The notes under the pieces were generated by a model. The model was not told the DNA's origin. It made no database searches and saw nothing but the letters and a program-made list of their open reading frames with translations. The position numbers were made by a program, and so were the translations under genes. From Paraspadella gotoi (lineage: Eukaryota > Animalia > Chaetognatha), in the NCBI GenBank assembly GCA_051294375.1, contig JBJCIZ010000239.1, forward strand, positions 3,716,461 through 3,780,460: a DNA stretch of 64,000 nt, in the 5' to 3' direction. Below, piece by piece: positions 60,375-64,000 of this stretch. Each line of letters begins with the position of its first letter. The stretch's first letter is position 1.

Positions 60375-63300
60375 CTAATTTTGTCGGAGCTTGTGGGTCG
60401 ATTCCGACCTCCATTTGGTCAGGTTTTCCTTGAGGAGCTCCATGATTAACTCGCTCTTCTTGCTCCATTCCTTTTTCATCGCGTTATCGAACGCCTGGAA
60501 AGCCGGTTTTGGAGGCATCAAAAATCTTATTTGCATATTGCAGTAATATTCTTCGGTCAATTAAATTTTTTTAGAGTTATGATTTAAAAGGTCAGGCCCA
60601 TACAGTTAAGTTTATTAATATTTATAAACTTTAACACATTAATACTTCTCTTTATCTTTTCACCAAGTTAAACAAAAAAAACAATTACGTCTCTATCGAC
60701 AAAAGCTTCAACCGACCGTCTTTGCCAAATTGTAGGCTTTGTCGGGAGCGTTGACGACTTCGAAGTAAAAGACCGAACACTTGAGTACCAGACCGAGTCT
60801 AAAAATTTTTTTGTTTTTTTGGAACGCTTTATTTACTTTGCTTTTTGTTTTGTACTTTAACCTTTTTTAAAATTTTTTTTCCCGTTTTTATTTTTTTATG
60901 ATTTTGACATCTGATCCCTGAACGTTCTTGAACGTTATATTTTATAGTTTCGTATGAAATTTTTTTTAAACAAAGATTAAACGTTAAATAGTTGATTAAA
61001 TGTATTTTGTAGTGTAGTCGGGCATTGGGATAGGTTCACTCAGCCTATAAGCATGACTCGCTCAGTCGTGACCAGGCTGATGATTGAGATTATGATCATT
61101 AGGATTATGAACATCAGGTACCGGGATCGATCTCCAATGGTACCTACCCTGCGGGAAGTGTGAGGACGGCCGTAAACCGCTTTGGGAGCCTGGAAAACTC
61201 TGAAGACTAGTTTCAAGCCCAGGACCCCTTTTCAAGGCTGCTAGAGGGGGTTAAAAAAGTTGCGGAGAGCACTCTACAGCCCCACTTAGCGCCTTATGCC
61301 TTGTGCCTTATTTACCTGTGGTACATTTAACCTGATATGATTGTTAAAAGGGAGATCGGAAGCGGCGATATTCAAGGCTTCTTGGTAACAAAGCTTTGAT
61401 TCTTCGATCGACTCCGACTTCGCTTCCCCAGACAAGTCTGACAAATGGCGATAGATGTCGCCCTTCAGCTCGAGATAGACCACTCTGTCTTCAGAGTGCT
61501 TGCTCTGGTTTTGGAGAGGGGAGAGAGAAGGATTAGAAACAGGTGAGAAGAAGAAAGACAAAGATATAAAAGAAAAGAGGAAGAGAGGAAAATAGTGGGG
61601 ATGAACAGGGAAAAAAGGGAAGAATGAGGAAGAAGGAGGAAGAGAGAAATATAATTTTTTATATTGGTTGTACCAATTTCATAAGGAAATATATAAATAT
61701 ATATTTATTAAATGAATGGATAATTTTTATATTGGTTGTACCAATTTCATAAGGAAATATATAAATATGTATTTATTAAATGAATGGATAATTTTTATAT
61801 TGGTTGTACCAATTTCATAAATAAGTTGTACTTTTATACAATTGAAACATTCTTTGAAATATTGTACCACTTCAAAGGTGGGAGTGAATAGAGTAGACGG
61901 TGAGAGAGTCTTAATTGAAAGCTTGCAGGGCGGGGTCCTGCTATGGTATTATCTGTTAAGAGCGATGGAGGCCTTATCCTCCATAGCCTGACAAGATAGC
62001 TTATACATCGAATAAATTGATTGTACCAATTACACAGAGCGAAAGGGACAAAGAGATTGGAAGTGAAACCAATGTATATAAAATTCATCAATGGAAATTC
62101 ATCTCTTATTCCCTCCTCCCAAGAGTCCCTCCATCCATCCCCCCACTATAAGAGCTTAGCAGGGTGGATGACGGAAAATATCACAGAGCATCGCTACCAA
62201 GCCAGAACAACTACACTATAAGAGCTTAGCAGGGTGGATGACGGAAAATATCACAGAGCATCGCTACCAAGCCAGAACAACTCACACTATAAAGAGCTTA
62301 GCAGGGTGGATGATGGAAAATATCACAGGGCCTCCGCTACCGAGCCAGAACGACTACACTATAAGAGCTTAGCAGGGTGGATGACGGAATATCACAGGGC
62401 CTCGCTACCGAGCCAGAACGACTCACTAAAGAGCTTAGCAGGGTGATGACGTAAAAATATCACAGGCCTGCTACAGCCAGAACGACTACACTATAAGAGC
62501 TTAGCAGGGTGGATGACGGAAATATCACAGGGCCTCGCTACCGAGCCAGAACGACTACACTATAGAGGCTTAGCAGGGTGGATGACGTAAAAATATCACA
62601 GGCCTCGCTACCGAGCCAGAACGACAATGCCCCCACCCCTCACCTTCTCAAAGACTATTCCATCGAACATCTCCAACGCCTCCTCGCACGCCTTCCTCAA
62701 ACTCTCTTCAATCTCCACCCTGTACTCCAACGCCCTCTCCGTCTCCCTTCCCTCCTCCGCCTTCTCCTCGGCGCTGCGTACGAGTTTCCACCGAAGCTAA
62801 GGTCGCCGATCCGATTCCGGTAGGCGGCGCAGAGGAGGTCGCGCTCCTCGTCCGACAACGCACACCTGGATTTGGCAGGAGCCGCATGGCGGACGCCATG
62901 TCGTCGTATCTGGGTGGGGTGAGGGAGAAATGAGAGTTTATGGCAACAGCCGGGTTTGACTGTGATGCCCTTTGGCTTTGGGTGCTTCCGACCCTCAGTT
63001 ACGCCACCAGTCACTGGGGCGGTTACCCTAGGACTGTCTCGCTTTGCCAACGCAGAGGGAAGTCGTTAGGACTGAGTGGAATGCAACGCCTGGGACGGTG
63101 CGTTTTCCCTGTGAGCCAATGCTATTGGCTGAACGATGATGGTTGTGAGGCAGTGTGAATATACCGCCACAAGGTCTGTATTTAATTTCGCAACCACATA
63201 CTTTTTGCTCGGTCGTTTTGTCCCCCTTATATTTTAAATATTTTTTTTCTGGAAAGTACTGTATATACTTTAGCTAATATTTTATATACAAACAATATAT

Positions 63301-63650
63301 ATCATAAGTTGCTAGTTGTATATATATTTCATGTAATTATGATCTCGGACTAAAAAAGTAACTTTAGCGTAAATCCACAAAAGCATGTTTTTTATTATTA
63401 TTATTTGTTATTATTATTCTTTATAATTATTCATTATGTATGGGTTCACCGATCATTACAATTTACAAATACACACTACTAATTTTGACTTAATTTTAAT
63501 AAATTATTCATTCTTAGATTTTAGATTAAATCATCAAATATTATACAAAAGATAGACAACAATGATAATAATTACTATATAACAGATAGATCACCTTCCT
63601 GCCTTTTGAGCCAATTCCGCTCTTGCCACGAAATCTCGCCTCGACTTCAT
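60375..63650 (-). CDS. Divergent 14-3-3 family protein; exons 63650-63595, 62909-62644 (two frameshifts as assembled), 61504-61332, 60798-60717, 60494-60375
   Basis: [77 protein letters not shown] occur in canonical 14-3-3 order. Confidence 0.88.
61013..61300 (+). mobile_element. Family A copy in a 14-3-3 intron
   Basis: TGTAGTCGGGCATTG start; colinear similarity to 20028-20310. Confidence 0.8.
62144..62626. repeat. About 70-bp minisatellite, about 7 copies, in intron 2 of the 14-3-3 gene
   Basis: Unit CACTATAAGAGCTTAGCAGGGTGGATGACGGAAAATATCACAG..CGCTACC.AGCCAGAAC.ACTA in tandem. Confidence 0.95.
62939..63171 (-). mobile_element. Family E copy in 14-3-3 intron 1
   Basis: Reverse complement colinear with 16782-17007; near-TSD AGTT/AGGT. 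Confidence 0.78.
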
Positions 63651-64000
63651 TTCTCCAACGTTAAAAGTGAGAACAGGAGAACCGGAGAATCAATGCCGTC
63701 AGCCTTTTATTTTCGTTATAAGACAATTATTTCATTTAAATATTTCCGAAGAGTTAAAACGTTTTGGTCGAGGAAATAAAGCAGTAGCTAAATAAAGTAA
63801 AAGCAGTCTCTTAAAAAGCAGCGTCTGAAAAATAATTTATACGCAATTTGTTGAGCATTTTTTTTTTAAAAGAAAACGATTAAGATATGATTTATTTATT
63901 TATTTATTTCTCTCTCTCTTTCTCTCTCTCTCTGTCGAACTTAAAATTTGCCACTTTTATTTTATCATTTAACCCTTTAGAAAAAAATTTAAATTTTCTT

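Noticed and set aside
62144-62626. CRISPR-like appearance of the 70-bp array
   Set aside because: Whole units repeat with no unique spacers, there are no cas genes, and it lies in a eukaryotic intron

Overview
This is eukaryotic (metazoan, probably invertebrate) genomic DNA, not prokaryotic: GC-rich exons, AT-rich introns, many microsatellites, and several N gaps. Seven intron-containing genes were reconstructed by hand using splice-phase consistency: an SLC16/MCT-like transporter (+), a secreted Cys-containing discoidin-like protein (+), CFAP100/CCDC37 (+), a five-exon retropepsin (retroviral-type aspartic protease) with an N-terminal hydrophobic segment (-), an MFSD8-like transporter (-), a Zasp/PDLIM-type PDZ protein with no visible LIM domain (+), and a divergent 14-3-3 (-). 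Non-coding DNA holds a 243-bp hairpin-rich A/B satellite, several minisatellites, a Ginger-like MITE, a TIR element filled with telomere-like repeats, and several families of short elements with TG/TA..CA/TA ends and 4-bp target-site duplications. Three of those families carry a tRNA-like core. The best novelty candidates are the apparently domesticated, intron-bearing, possibly secreted or membrane-anchored retrotransposon protease, the tRNA-containing solo-LTR-like elements, and introns with complementary ends and no polypyrimidine tract. No convincing gene was found in 1-17 kb. Some frameshifts are probably assembly errors. All family assignments come from motif recognition, not database searches.
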